A DNA stretch of 16,410 bases from NCBI GenBank assembly GCA_049966395.1, contig JBMFUT010000013.1, positions 3,120 through 19,529 of the forward strand, read 5' to 3'. Numbering within the stretch: the first letter of the stretch is position 1; each line of letters begins with the position of its first letter. The DNA is from Candidatus Micrarchaeia archaeon. Lineage in GTDB: Archaea; Micrarchaeota; Micrarchaeia; Micrarchaeales; CABMGC01. The notes below the pieces were generated by a model. That model saw nothing but the letters and a program-made list of their open reading frames with translations, made no database searches and was not told the origin of the DNA. Below are positions 7,822-15,369 of this stretch, piece after piece. The position numbers were made by a program, and so were the translations under genes.

Positions 7822-9948
7822 TTACCTGCTTGAGGATTTCCTACGGCTAGATTCCTTGTAAACTTCCCTGGCGGGCTTTTCTTTCTTCTCTTCGGGCACC
7901 TTTTTCTTCCAGTCCTTCTTAGTCTCGCAGTTGGGATCCAGATCCATTTGATATACTTTGCCCTTCCCAACGAACACTTTTATTATTGGGGTGTGGCATA
8001 TTTCGCACACCTTACCGGTAGGTACTATTTTGCCCTTTTGTGGCAGCGGGTACGTTACAGTGCAATCTGGCCAGTTTGTGCAGCCGACGAAAAGCTTGTT
8101 TAGCTTTGATCTCCTTACCACCAGATCCCCGCCGCACTTCGGGCATTTGCCAAGCACTTCGGCCTTCTGACTCTCGGCAAAGCTGTTCATCAGTTCCTCT
8201 CCTATGCTCTGCTCATTGCGCTTGAACTCTTCTACTATTTCGCCGATTATCCTCTTCGCTTCGTCTATCACTGCTTCCTTGCCAAGTTTTCCATGGGCTA
8301 TGTTGTCCATATCAAGCTCTAGCTTTCTAGTTAGTTCCTCGTCAAGTATTTCGCTGCAATATTTGCTCAATGCGTTGTAAAGGCCCATGCCAAATTCAGT
8401 CACCACAATTTCCCTGTTTTTGATGTATTCTCTTTTGAAAAGTATGTCTATGATCTCTGACCTAGTTGCCTTAGTCCCAAGGTTTTTCTTATCTAGCATT
8501 GCAATAAGCGAAGCCTTGGTATAACGCTTAGGAGGCTTAGTCTTTGACTCACTTATCCTGAGTTTCTCAATCTTTACCGCATCCCCTTTTCTGAAGCCGT
8601 CAAGCATTTTTTCTTCAAGCCTTATATACTTGCTATAGAAATTCAGCCACGCTTTCTCCTTGTAGATTCGTCCGCTGGCGGAATAGAGTTCGCCATTGGC
8701 ATCTATTACTACCTTTGTGTCCTCCGCCGTTGCATAACCTGCAAAGCACGAAAGGAACCTTCTCGCTATAAGATCATATACCCGGTATTCCTCTCCTGAA
8801 ATGCCCTTTGGCATTACACCTGTAGGGAATATAGCCGGATGCGCTTCGTCCTCTCCTGCGCCTTCGGCAGGCTTGAACATTGATGATCTTATCAAGGCAT
8901 TTGCGAGCTCTGCATAATCCTTGTTTTTTCCGAGCTCTGCTATGATCCTAGGAAGGTTGAGCACATAAGGCAGCTTCTGTGATGAAGTTCTTGGATATGA
9001 TATGTAGGCTTTTTCATATAGCGACTGCGCTATCGCAAGCGTTCTAGATGGGTCTATGCCAAGTACCTTGCTGGCTTCTAGCTGCAGCCCCGTGAGGTTA
9101 AACGGAGGATAAGGCCTTATCTTTGCCTCGCTTCTCTCTACTTCCTTAACTGTGGCGGAGCAGTTCCTGCTCTTCTCGTATGCTGTTTCTGCAACTTTCT
9201 TGTCGAATATTTCCCCTCTCGAATTTGCAAATTCGACGCCGTTCACTAGTGCGTATACCTGCCAAAAAGGCTTAGGCACAAAGTTCTTTATCTCTATTTC
9301 GCGTTTTGCGAGCATGCCTAAGGTAGGCCCCTGCACCCTACCTATGCTCATTGTCTTTTTTAGCCCTTTTAACACGAGCGAATGCATGAGCGCCCTGCTC
9401 ATGTTTATTCCCCATATCCAGTCTATCACGTGTCTTGTCTCCCCTGCCTCGAAGTTGAGCGCGTCGAAGCTGCTCATGTTCTTGTAAGATTCTAAAAGGT
9501 CGCCAGTTGTGGTAGTCGAGAACTTCATCCTTCCTACGTTCTTGCTATAGATTCCCCTGTTGACATCGTTGTTTATTATCTGCTTTATTATGTTCGTGCC
9601 TATCACAGTACCCTCTAGGTCGTAGTCGCATGCATTTATGAAGAAGTCGCATTTCTTTCCTATTGCGGTTATTGTGTCAAGATATTTTTTGGTGTAGTAT
9701 GCGTTCTTGTTGACAGCGTAAGAAGGCACCCACTCTACATCAAATACCGGGAATCCAGACATACCTTTCTTCTGGTGCAGCGTAAAGAGGTGCCCAGCCG
9801 CGGCCACGACATAGATTGTCTTGCCTTTCATATTAACCTCGTAGTAGCCTATTCCATTCATTACTCCCCTTTTTGGCTGGCCTTCGCTAAGGGACAATGC
9901 TATCCTTATGGCTACGCTTGGCTTTTCGGCCACTATGAGCTCATTCAT
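7822..9948 (-). CDS. topA: DNA topoisomerase I (type IA, archaeal) with C-terminal Zn ribbons
   Basis: TOPRIM motifs AEKPSVA and ACDYDLEG, SIGRVQGPTL, catalytic Tyr in YISYPRT, EAHPAIFPT and LGTKATR. Zn ribbons CPKC...CTNWPDC and CEIC...DLDPNC, then a basic tail. Confidence 0.96.
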   Translation of the reverse strand: MNELIVAEKPSVAIRIALSLSEGQPKRGVMNGIGYYEVNMKGKTIYVVAAAGHLFTLHQKKGMSGFPVFDVEWVPSYAVNKNAYYTKKYLDTITAIGKKCDFFINACDYDLEGTVIGTNIIKQIINNDVNRGIYSKNVGRMKFSTTTTGDLLESYKNMSSFDALNFEAGETRHVIDWIWGINMSRALMHSLVLKGLKKTMSIGRVQGPTLGMLAKREIEIKNFVPKPFWQVYALVNGVEFANSRGEIFDKKVAETAYEKSRNCSATVKEVERSEAKIRPYPPFNLTGLQLEASKVLGIDPSRTLAIAQSLYEKAYISYPRTSSQKLPYVLNLPRIIAELGKNKDYAELANALIRSSMFKPAEGAGEDEAHPAIFPTGVMPKGISGEEYRVYDLIARRFLSCFAGYATAEDTKVVIDANGELYSASGRIYKEKAWLNFYSKYIRLEEKMLDGFRKGDAVKIEKLRISESKTKPPKRYTKASLIAMLDKKNLGTKATRSEIIDILFKREYIKNREIVVTEFGMGLYNALSKYCSEILDEELTRKLELDMDNIAHGKLGKEAVIDEAKRIIGEIVEEFKRNEQSIGEELMNSFAESQKAEVLGKCPKCGGDLVVRRSKLNKLFVGCTNWPDCTVTYPLPQKGKIVPTGKVCEICHTPIIKVFVGKGKVYQMDLDPNCETKKDWKKKVPEEKKEKPAREVYKESSRRKSSSR

Positions 9949-9953
9949 CTAGA

Positions 9954-10205
9954 TCAGCTTTTCTTTCTGCTCCTCTTTTTCTGTGTTGCTGGCTGTGACA
10001 CTGCCTCTGGTTTTTTGTTCTTTTCTGGAGTCTTCGAGATAGAGTACGCCATTGCGAAGCCGAAGACTATTGCAGCGGTGGCGGTTATGTAGAACAAGGT
10101 GCTCCCGCCATATATGACAAAAAATATTATTGCAAGTATTGTCAGCACCATCACCGCTATCGACAAGCCCAGCGAAAGTGTTTCCTTATTGTCAATGCGT
10201 GGCAT
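9954..10205 (-). CDS. Small hypothetical membrane protein (2 TM helices, basic C-terminal tail)
   Basis: 83 aa with two hydrophobic segments. First gene of the minus-strand run, ending 5 nt before the topA ATG. Confidence 0.7.
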   Translation of the reverse strand: MPRIDNKETLSLGLSIAVMVLTILAIIFFVIYGGSTLFYITATAAIVFGFAMAYSISKTPEKNKKPEAVSQPATQKKRSRKKS

Positions 10206-10281
10206 GGAATCAACTCTAGGATTAATAAATAATAAAAGTTAAATAACCTTTGCATAATAATAAAGCAGACAACGCGATTCC
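10206..10281. promoter_or_regulatory. AT-rich divergent promoter region bounded by a 10-bp inverted repeat that includes both start codons
   Basis: Intergenic between divergent ATGs, with TATA-like TTAATAAA/TTAAATAA. GCATGGAATC (10202-10211) and GATTCCATGC (10276-10285) are exact reverse complements. Confidence 0.55.
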
Positions 10282-10641
10282 ATGCTAAATGCAGCTGAAG
10301 TAATAGGTTTCACGCTCATAGCAGCTGCGCTCGCGGCATATGCTCAGTATTTCTTCAAGAAAGCTCTGCCGCGCTTCAAGTTCAACTTGAAAGAAATAGT
10401 GGCACTTGCAAAAGACCGCACAATAATATTGGGCGTACTAATATATGTTGTTGGACTGGGCTTCTATCTTGTCGCGCTGCGTTCTGGCGCATTGTCATTT
10501 GTTTATCCGACTTTTGCAAGTTCTTTCGTATTCATAATGCTAATATCAAAGTACATGTTAGGCGAAAAGTTAAACAGTAGAAGGATAGCTGGGGTTTTGT
10601 TGATAGTTGTTGGGATAATAGCAATAGCTATGACATATTAG
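10282..10641 (+). CDS. SMR/EamA-like small 4-TM transporter subunit (ArnE/ArnF-like)
   Basis: Four TM helices with AQYFFKK, LSFVYP and LGEKLNSRRIAGVLLIVVGI. Confidence 0.82.
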   Translation: MLNAAEVIGFTLIAAALAAYAQYFFKKALPRFKFNLKEIVALAKDRTIILGVLIYVVGLGFYLVALRSGALSFVYPTFASSFVFIMLISKYMLGEKLNSRRIAGVLLIVVGIIAIAMTY

Positions 10642-10649
10642 GTTTTTTC

Positions 10650-10985
10650 ATGGATGGCAAGAAACTCTTTGCGCTTGTGCTGGTTTTTAGCACTTTTCTC
10701 GGTGCCGTGGGGCAATTGCTCTTTAAGATGGGAGTCAATTCAAGCAGCCTGGCTGAATTTGCAATACTTGTTTCCCTAGGCTTCATATCCTATGCGATTT
10801 CGACAGTGATGTACTTCTACGTGCTGAGCAGGGCGCAGCTTAGCTGGGTCTACAATTTCGGGGGCATGAGCTACATATTCACGGTGTTTCTTGCGCTGTT
10901 TGTTCTTAACGAGGCAATATCTCCCCTCAGGTGGACTGGCATAGCCCTTATAATAATAGGCGTCACTGCCATAGGGCTGAGCTGA
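10650..10985 (+). CDS. SMR/EamA-like small 4-TM transporter subunit (ArnE/ArnF-like), partner of the preceding gene
   Basis: GQLLFKMG, LSWVY, SYIF and LNEAISPLRWTGIALIIIGV. Starts 8 nt after its paralog. Confidence 0.82.
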   Translation: MDGKKLFALVLVFSTFLGAVGQLLFKMGVNSSSLAEFAILVSLGFISYAISTVMYFYVLSRAQLSWVYNFGGMSYIFTVFLALFVLNEAISPLRWTGIALIIIGVTAIGLS

Positions 10986-10986
10986 T

Positions 10987-11295
10987 TCATTTCTGCTTTT
11001 CAGGCTTTTCCCCTTTTAGAAGAGACACTCCAAGATATGCAATCTTATATCCTATACTAGCGAACAGGAAAAGTACCACAATTTCAAGCAGCATGTAAAC
11101 GCTGTCTCTCACGCTTTGGTTTATGCTGTTTGTAAGCGTTGATACCGCGCTGGAAACGTTAGCGCTTGCCTGTGCAGTAGGCATATACCCTGTAGAACTG
11201 CTGCTGAAGCTCATATAGAGCCCGTAACCAAGGATGAAAGTAAAAACAAGGAGAGCCAAGCCGATCGCTATTAACGAATAACCAAGTACTCCCAT
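10987..11295 (-). CDS. Hypothetical 2-TM membrane protein with a Ser/Thr-rich external loop
   Basis: 102 aa with two hydrophobic helices and NVS/NQS sequons in the loop. Fills the gap between convergent and divergent neighbours. Confidence 0.7.
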   Translation of the reverse strand: MGVLGYSLIAIGLALLVFTFILGYGLYMSFSSSSTGYMPTAQASANVSSAVSTLTNSINQSVRDSVYMLLEIVVLFLFASIGYKIAYLGVSLLKGEKPEKQK

Positions 11296-11322
11296 GGAAT
11301 CAATTTTTTTGCATTGTATAAG

Positions 11323-11335
11323 TTATTATATATTT
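11323..11335. promoter_or_regulatory. TATA element in the divergent intergenic region
   Basis: TTATTATATATTT lies between the minus-strand ATG at 11295 and the plus-strand ATG at 11372. Confidence 0.45.
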
Positions 11336-11371
11336 CCGTGCAAATCTCAAAACGTAGCCAGGCGTTTTTCA

Positions 11372-12448
11372 ATGAGCTCTAGCAGGTTGAATTCAGTATT
11401 CTCAAATGCCCGCGGCGTGGATGCAATAGTTATAATTAACACTGACATACGCGATCCTAATTTTACATATCTGACAGAATTGAAAAGCGGGGTATACGAG
11501 GGCGACGTTCTTATAGCAGAGAGAAATGGCATGAAGCTTCTCACTTCAAAACTGGAGTACGAGACTGCCATATCGCAGAAGCGCGAACACCTTGAAGTGA
11601 TAGAAGCACGCTCTTCTGCAGAAAAAATGCGTGGCGAGATGCGAAGCGCTATACGCGGCAAAGTAATAGGCATAAACGGCGGTTTCTTGCCGTACTCCTA
11701 TTTTGCGCAAATTAGCAAGTACAAGCCCAAAAAAATAGTAGACGTGGGCAGGGCCTTCTCTGCTGCCAGGATGGTAAAAGATAGCCATGAGATTGAAAGC
11801 ATAAGGCGCGCGGCTTCAATAACTAAATTCGCGATACTAGAGGCGCAGAAGAGCCTTAAGGAAGGCATAACTGAGCGAGAAATCGCGGCAAAATTCAATT
11901 ATGCGGCGCAAGATTTCGGCGCGGATGGACTGGCATTCGACAGCATTGTCTCTTTTGGTCAAAACGCCGCGCTGCCACACCATATGCCTGACAACACAAA
12001 GTTGACTGAAGGATCGTTTGTGCTTATAGACGTCGGGGCAAAAGTAGATGGCTACTGCGCCGACATTACAAGAACCTTGATTTTCAAGGAGGAAAAGGCA
12101 AAAGATCTAAGCAAGATGAAGGAAATGCTAAAGGTTGTCAAGGATGCTCAGCTCGCGGCCATAAAAGCGATCAAACCTGGCGTAAAAGGCAGCACCATAC
12201 ACAAGATTGCCGCACAATATATAGATACTGCCGCCGGTGGCAAGTACAAGGGCACGTTTATACACTCTCTTGGCCATTCGGTAGGCATAGAGGTGCACGA
12301 TGGGCCTGGCTTTTCTCCAAACGCCACAGAAACACTAAAGCCCGGGATGGTCATAACAGCAGAGCCCGGAATTTACATAGAAGGTTTTGGGGGCGTAAGG
12401 ATAGAGGACGACGTCCTTGTCACTGAAAGCGGTGCGACAGTATTATAA
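11372..12448 (+). CDS. pepP: Xaa-Pro aminopeptidase / prolidase (peptidase M24B)
   Basis: Creatinase-N-like N-terminus. Metal and catalytic motifs ALPHH, IDVGA...YCADITRT, HSLGHSVGIEVHD, AEPGIY and GVRIEDD. Start moved to the ATG at 11372 because the ORF-track extension (from 11294) overlaps the divergent gene's start and promoter. Confidence 0.93.
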   Translation: MSSSRLNSVFSNARGVDAIVIINTDIRDPNFTYLTELKSGVYEGDVLIAERNGMKLLTSKLEYETAISQKREHLEVIEARSSAEKMRGEMRSAIRGKVIGINGGFLPYSYFAQISKYKPKKIVDVGRAFSAARMVKDSHEIESIRRAASITKFAILEAQKSLKEGITEREIAAKFNYAAQDFGADGLAFDSIVSFGQNAALPHHMPDNTKLTEGSFVLIDVGAKVDGYCADITRTLIFKEEKAKDLSKMKEMLKVVKDAQLAAIKAIKPGVKGSTIHKIAAQYIDTAAGGKYKGTFIHSLGHSVGIEVHDGPGFSPNATETLKPGMVITAEPGIYIEGFGGVRIEDDVLVTESGATVL

Positions 12449-12484
12449 GCGTTTTATGAGCTATCTATAAGCGCTTGCAAGAGA

Positions 12485-12558
12485 GGGGAGCTCTGCTAGC
12501 TTGGTTAGGCTACCAGGTTCGGGACCTGGTGACTCGAGTTCAAATCTCGGGCTCCCCG
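12485..12558 (+). tRNA. tRNA-Pro (anticodon CGG), intronless, CCA not encoded
   Basis: Acceptor stem GGGGAGC/GCTCCCC; D-loop AGCTTGGTTA; anticodon arm CCAGG-TTCGGGA-CCTGG; T arm TCGAG-TTCAAAT-CTCGG. Followed by TTTT. Confidence 0.93.
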
Positions 12559-12693
12559 TTTTATGCTTGGGGTTATATATAAGTGAACGATTTTGCACAC
12601 TATTTTGTATTTGAAGCCATAATTAGAAAAGAAGATATTGGAAACAGATGTTGAGAGATAATATATGGAACTGTAAGAAACAAGGGTAAAACC

Positions 12694-12708
12694 AAAAGAA
12701 TTTTAAAT
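12694..12708 (+). promoter_or_regulatory. Putative BRE/TATA promoter of the Asn-rich protein gene
   Basis: AAAAGAA followed by TTTTAAAT (12701-12708), shortly upstream of the GTG at 12724. Confidence 0.4.
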
Positions 12709-12723
12709 CAAACAAATATATAA

Positions 12724-14094
12724 GTGATAATTACGGCAGATAAAAAACATAAGAAAAAGTATGCTATTTTGCTATTGTTTTTGTTAGTTTTCGCCATAAT
12801 ATTAATAAATCAACCACAAACAACATATCTTTACATATATTCGCTAATTCCTATAAAATCTTATATGGCCTTAATCGGTTCTCATAATACTTATAATTTA
12901 TATCCAAGCATTGTAGCAAGTAACATTACCTATCTTTACATATACTCGCCAATTCCTATAAAGTCTTTTATGGTTTTAGCCGGCCCCCATAATAGTCATA
13001 ATTTATATCCAAGCATTGTAGAAAGCAACATTAAGACAAACAATTTATATCTAACTATTTTTAACATGTCTTCATTCTCAAATTATAACTTTTCGTATTC
13101 TTTTACTGAAAATACAACATCATTTACGAAAAGAATTCAATTAAATAACGGATTTATAGAAGAACAAGTGAATTTAATTCCGTATGTAAAATTAAACAAT
13201 GTCTCTATCCCAATTGAATATAATTCCACTCTTTACTATTACGGAGTTAATGTGAACCTTAATTTAACACCAGGAAAGAATAACTATTTAAATATAAATT
13301 TCACCACTCAAACAATGAATCTATATAATGTGACTGATTGGCTTTCTGTCTGCAATTACTATAATCTAAATAATAGCGAAATGGTTGTTTATAAAGGAAA
13401 CACTATAAATGAAAGCAATATAATTCCATTTTCTTCTGGAATAAAATTTGGTGAATGCCAAAAATTCACAAATATAACTAACGGCGATTATACGATAGTT
13501 TCAAATTTGCCAAATGTAACAAATGAAATATGGAATACATTTGGTTTTCATTATACTTTCTCTCAATATGCACAATTTGGGCAAAATATAAAAATAATAA
13601 ATGAAAGCGGAAACAAAATTACTTTTCTTCTCAACAACAGCGATGTTGTTGCTTCTGTCTTGCCCACTAATATAGAAGACATAACATTAAAAAACAATTG
13701 TAAAAATTCATTTCTGTATTTCTTTTCTGGTGACAATTCTTCATTAAATTCAACAAACAAGAATTTAATAGAAATAATAGCATATAATACTTCATTTACA
13801 GCGAACAATCTACAAGCAAACAACTACACAGCAATAGCGTTTAGTCCAAATCCAAACACTAATATAACTTGGAATATAGAAAATACTTATTATAAAACAA
13901 TATTAGGAGTAGAACCACTTTGGTTTTATGAAATAACAAACTCACAAGGACCAGAATACTATTCTGTTGGAAGCATTGAAAATCCAATTATATACAATAA
14001 ATCTGTTTCAATTCCGACTAACGCAAATTTAACAAATCTATATTTTTATAATAATTTGGACATATATAGCAATATTACAACGACTTGCAATTAG
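12724..14094 (+). CDS. Hypothetical Asn-rich, N-terminally membrane-anchored surface (glyco)protein
   Basis: 456-codon uninterrupted frame in very AT-rich DNA. Basic KKHKKK plus a hydrophobic helix at the N-terminus, numerous NxS/T sequons, a beta-rich N/Y/I/T/S composition and an internal 35-aa duplication. Confidence 0.75.
   Translation: MIITADKKHKKKYAILLLFLLVFAIILINQPQTTYLYIYSLIPIKSYMALIGSHNTYNLYPSIVASNITYLYIYSPIPIKSFMVLAGPHNSHNLYPSIVESNIKTNNLYLTIFNMSSFSNYNFSYSFTENTTSFTKRIQLNNGFIEEQVNLIPYVKLNNVSIPIEYNSTLYYYGVNVNLNLTPGKNNYLNINFTTQTMNLYNVTDWLSVCNYYNLNNSEMVVYKGNTINESNIIPFSSGIKFGECQKFTNITNGDYTIVSNLPNVTNEIWNTFGFHYTFSQYAQFGQNIKIINESGNKITFLLNNSDVVASVLPTNIEDITLKNNCKNSFLYFFSGDNSSLNSTNKNLIEIIAYNTSFTANNLQANNYTAIAFSPNPNTNITWNIENTYYKTILGVEPLWFYEITNSQGPEYYSVGSIENPIIYNKSVSIPTNANLTNLYFYNNLDIYSNITTTCN
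12823..13032 (+). repeat. In-frame tandem duplication, 2 x 105 bp (35 aa)
   Basis: Unit 1 is 12823-12927 (TYLYIYSLIPIKSYMALIGSHNTYNLYPSIVASNI). Unit 2 is 12928-13032 (TYLYIYSPIPIKSFMVLAGPHNSHNLYPSIVESNI). 16 mismatches in 105 nt by hand alignment, no indels. Confidence 0.95.
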
Positions 14095-14450
14095 TGTTTA
14101 TGAATTCATTAAGTGAAATATTAGAAGAAAGATTGCGATATTGAAAAATTAGTAAAAGCTAGGATTCTGGCATAAATTTTCCCACCTATTCAAGTCCGAA
14201 ATGGCATCATTGCGTATTTTATTAGGTAGGCGGCGAGGCACGAAAACACGAAAATTATGATCTTCGCAATACCCATACAATCACTTAAGGTCGCACTTTT
14301 CCTACTTCTGCAGGGTTTACCTTCGAAAGAGAGAAAGGAACTTGTATGGAATATATTTAACTAGGAAGTTGACAAATTAAATTCTTTTGCGCATAACTAC
14401 CTATAGAGGTTTTCTCTTCTCTTTTGTCGTAGTGAATGTGTAGTGTTAGG

Positions 14451-14498
14451 TCTCCTGACCCAACACGCAATTGGCGTGTTGGTTGCCTTGCCAGGAGA
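14451..14498 (+). promoter_or_regulatory. Stem-loop that can sequester the transposase Shine-Dalgarno sequence
   Basis: Inner stem CCAACACGC (14460-14468) / GCGTGTTGG (14474-14482) is 9 bp. Outer stem TCTCCTG (14451-14457) / CAGGAGA (14492-14498) covers the SD AGGAGA, 8 nt before the ATG at 14507. Confidence 0.6.
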
Positions 14499-14506
14499 TA
14501 GATTCA

Positions 14507-15369
14507 ATGGAAATATATGAACTAAAAGATAAAATACTAGAGGTTTGGGCAAATGCCAGAATAATTGTGCAAAGACACGGTCATACAAAGAAATTCGCGA
14601 AGCATCTTGTTGCCTTCGTAATAAGGCAGCATGAAAACTTTACTGACGAGAAACTTGCAGAGTTCCTTGGAAGAGATCCGATCGGAAAATTGTTAGGATA
14701 TAAAAAGAAACCACACAAATCTACGTTTTCAAAGGTGCGTGCAAGGTCTGATCCTGATATGTTCAAGGAACTACATGATTGGATTGTGCAAGACAAATTG
14801 AAATCAAAACAATTGCGCCTTATCGCACAGGACAGCACTGATGTATTTGCATATTCACGGAAAGACAAAGATGCAAAGTGGGGTCACAGGACACCTTCTA
14901 AAAAAGAACAGAACATGATGCGCCGTAGCAGTGAAAAGGAACTATTCTTCGGTTACAAACCACACGTAATTGTAGACGTGGATACTGGCGCATCGATTGC
15001 TGCCGAAGTAGTCCCTGCAAATACAAATGATAAGAAGCTGTTCACGCCGTTGTATAACAAAGTAAAGAAAAATTTTGTGCTGCAGTACGGTGCAAAATTC
15101 CTCGCCGATGCACAGTATCATTCGTCAAAGATATATATGCAACTGCGTTACGACGATATATTGCCAATCATTCCAAGAAGCGGAATAAATATCGCAAAAC
15201 CATAGAACCTAAGGATCTGGATTACGGGAAAAGATGGGCTGTCGAACGTCTTTTTTCAGTATTAAAGGAAATGTTTGGTCTTGCGAAGAACAGATTTGTA
15301 GGTATAAAGAAGGTCACAATACACGTATTTTCGTGCCTTCTTGCAAACCTCTTGGAATATGTGATGTAA
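14507..15369 (+). pseudogene. DDE transposase split by a -1 frameshift (about 287 aa if restored)
   Basis: Frame A (ATG 14507, stop 15205) has IAQDSTD, FFGYKPH, ANTND and FLADAQY. The -1 frame (open 15034-15369) carries the missing YGKRWAVERLFSVLK motif (Y-R-E-K, third catalytic residue) and ends with TAA at 15367-15369. Confidence 0.88.

Noticed and set aside
11294..11371. N-terminal extension of the Xaa-Pro peptidase given by the ORF track
   Set aside because: It overlaps the start codon and TATA region of the divergent gene and does not look like protein. The ATG at 11372 is more plausible.
12485..12558. Intron-containing, split or permuted tRNA
   Set aside because: It folds as a contiguous 74-nt cloverleaf with no bulge-helix-bulge insert.
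12823..13032. 105-bp repeat pair as a diversity-generating retroelement TR/VR
   Set aside because: Mismatches are not confined to adenines on one strand (they include C/T, C/G and C/A differences) and are mostly transitions. Both copies are in-frame near the N-terminus, and no reverse transcriptase is in the window.
14369..14397. Bacterial sigma70 promoter in the IS left end (TTGACA-17 nt-CATAAC)
   Set aside because: TTGACA is simply part of the TIR, the -10 match is poor, and the host is archaeal.
14471..14506. TTG start for the transposase
   Set aside because: It lies inside the leader hairpin, whereas the ATG at 14507 has a well-spaced AGGAGA SD.
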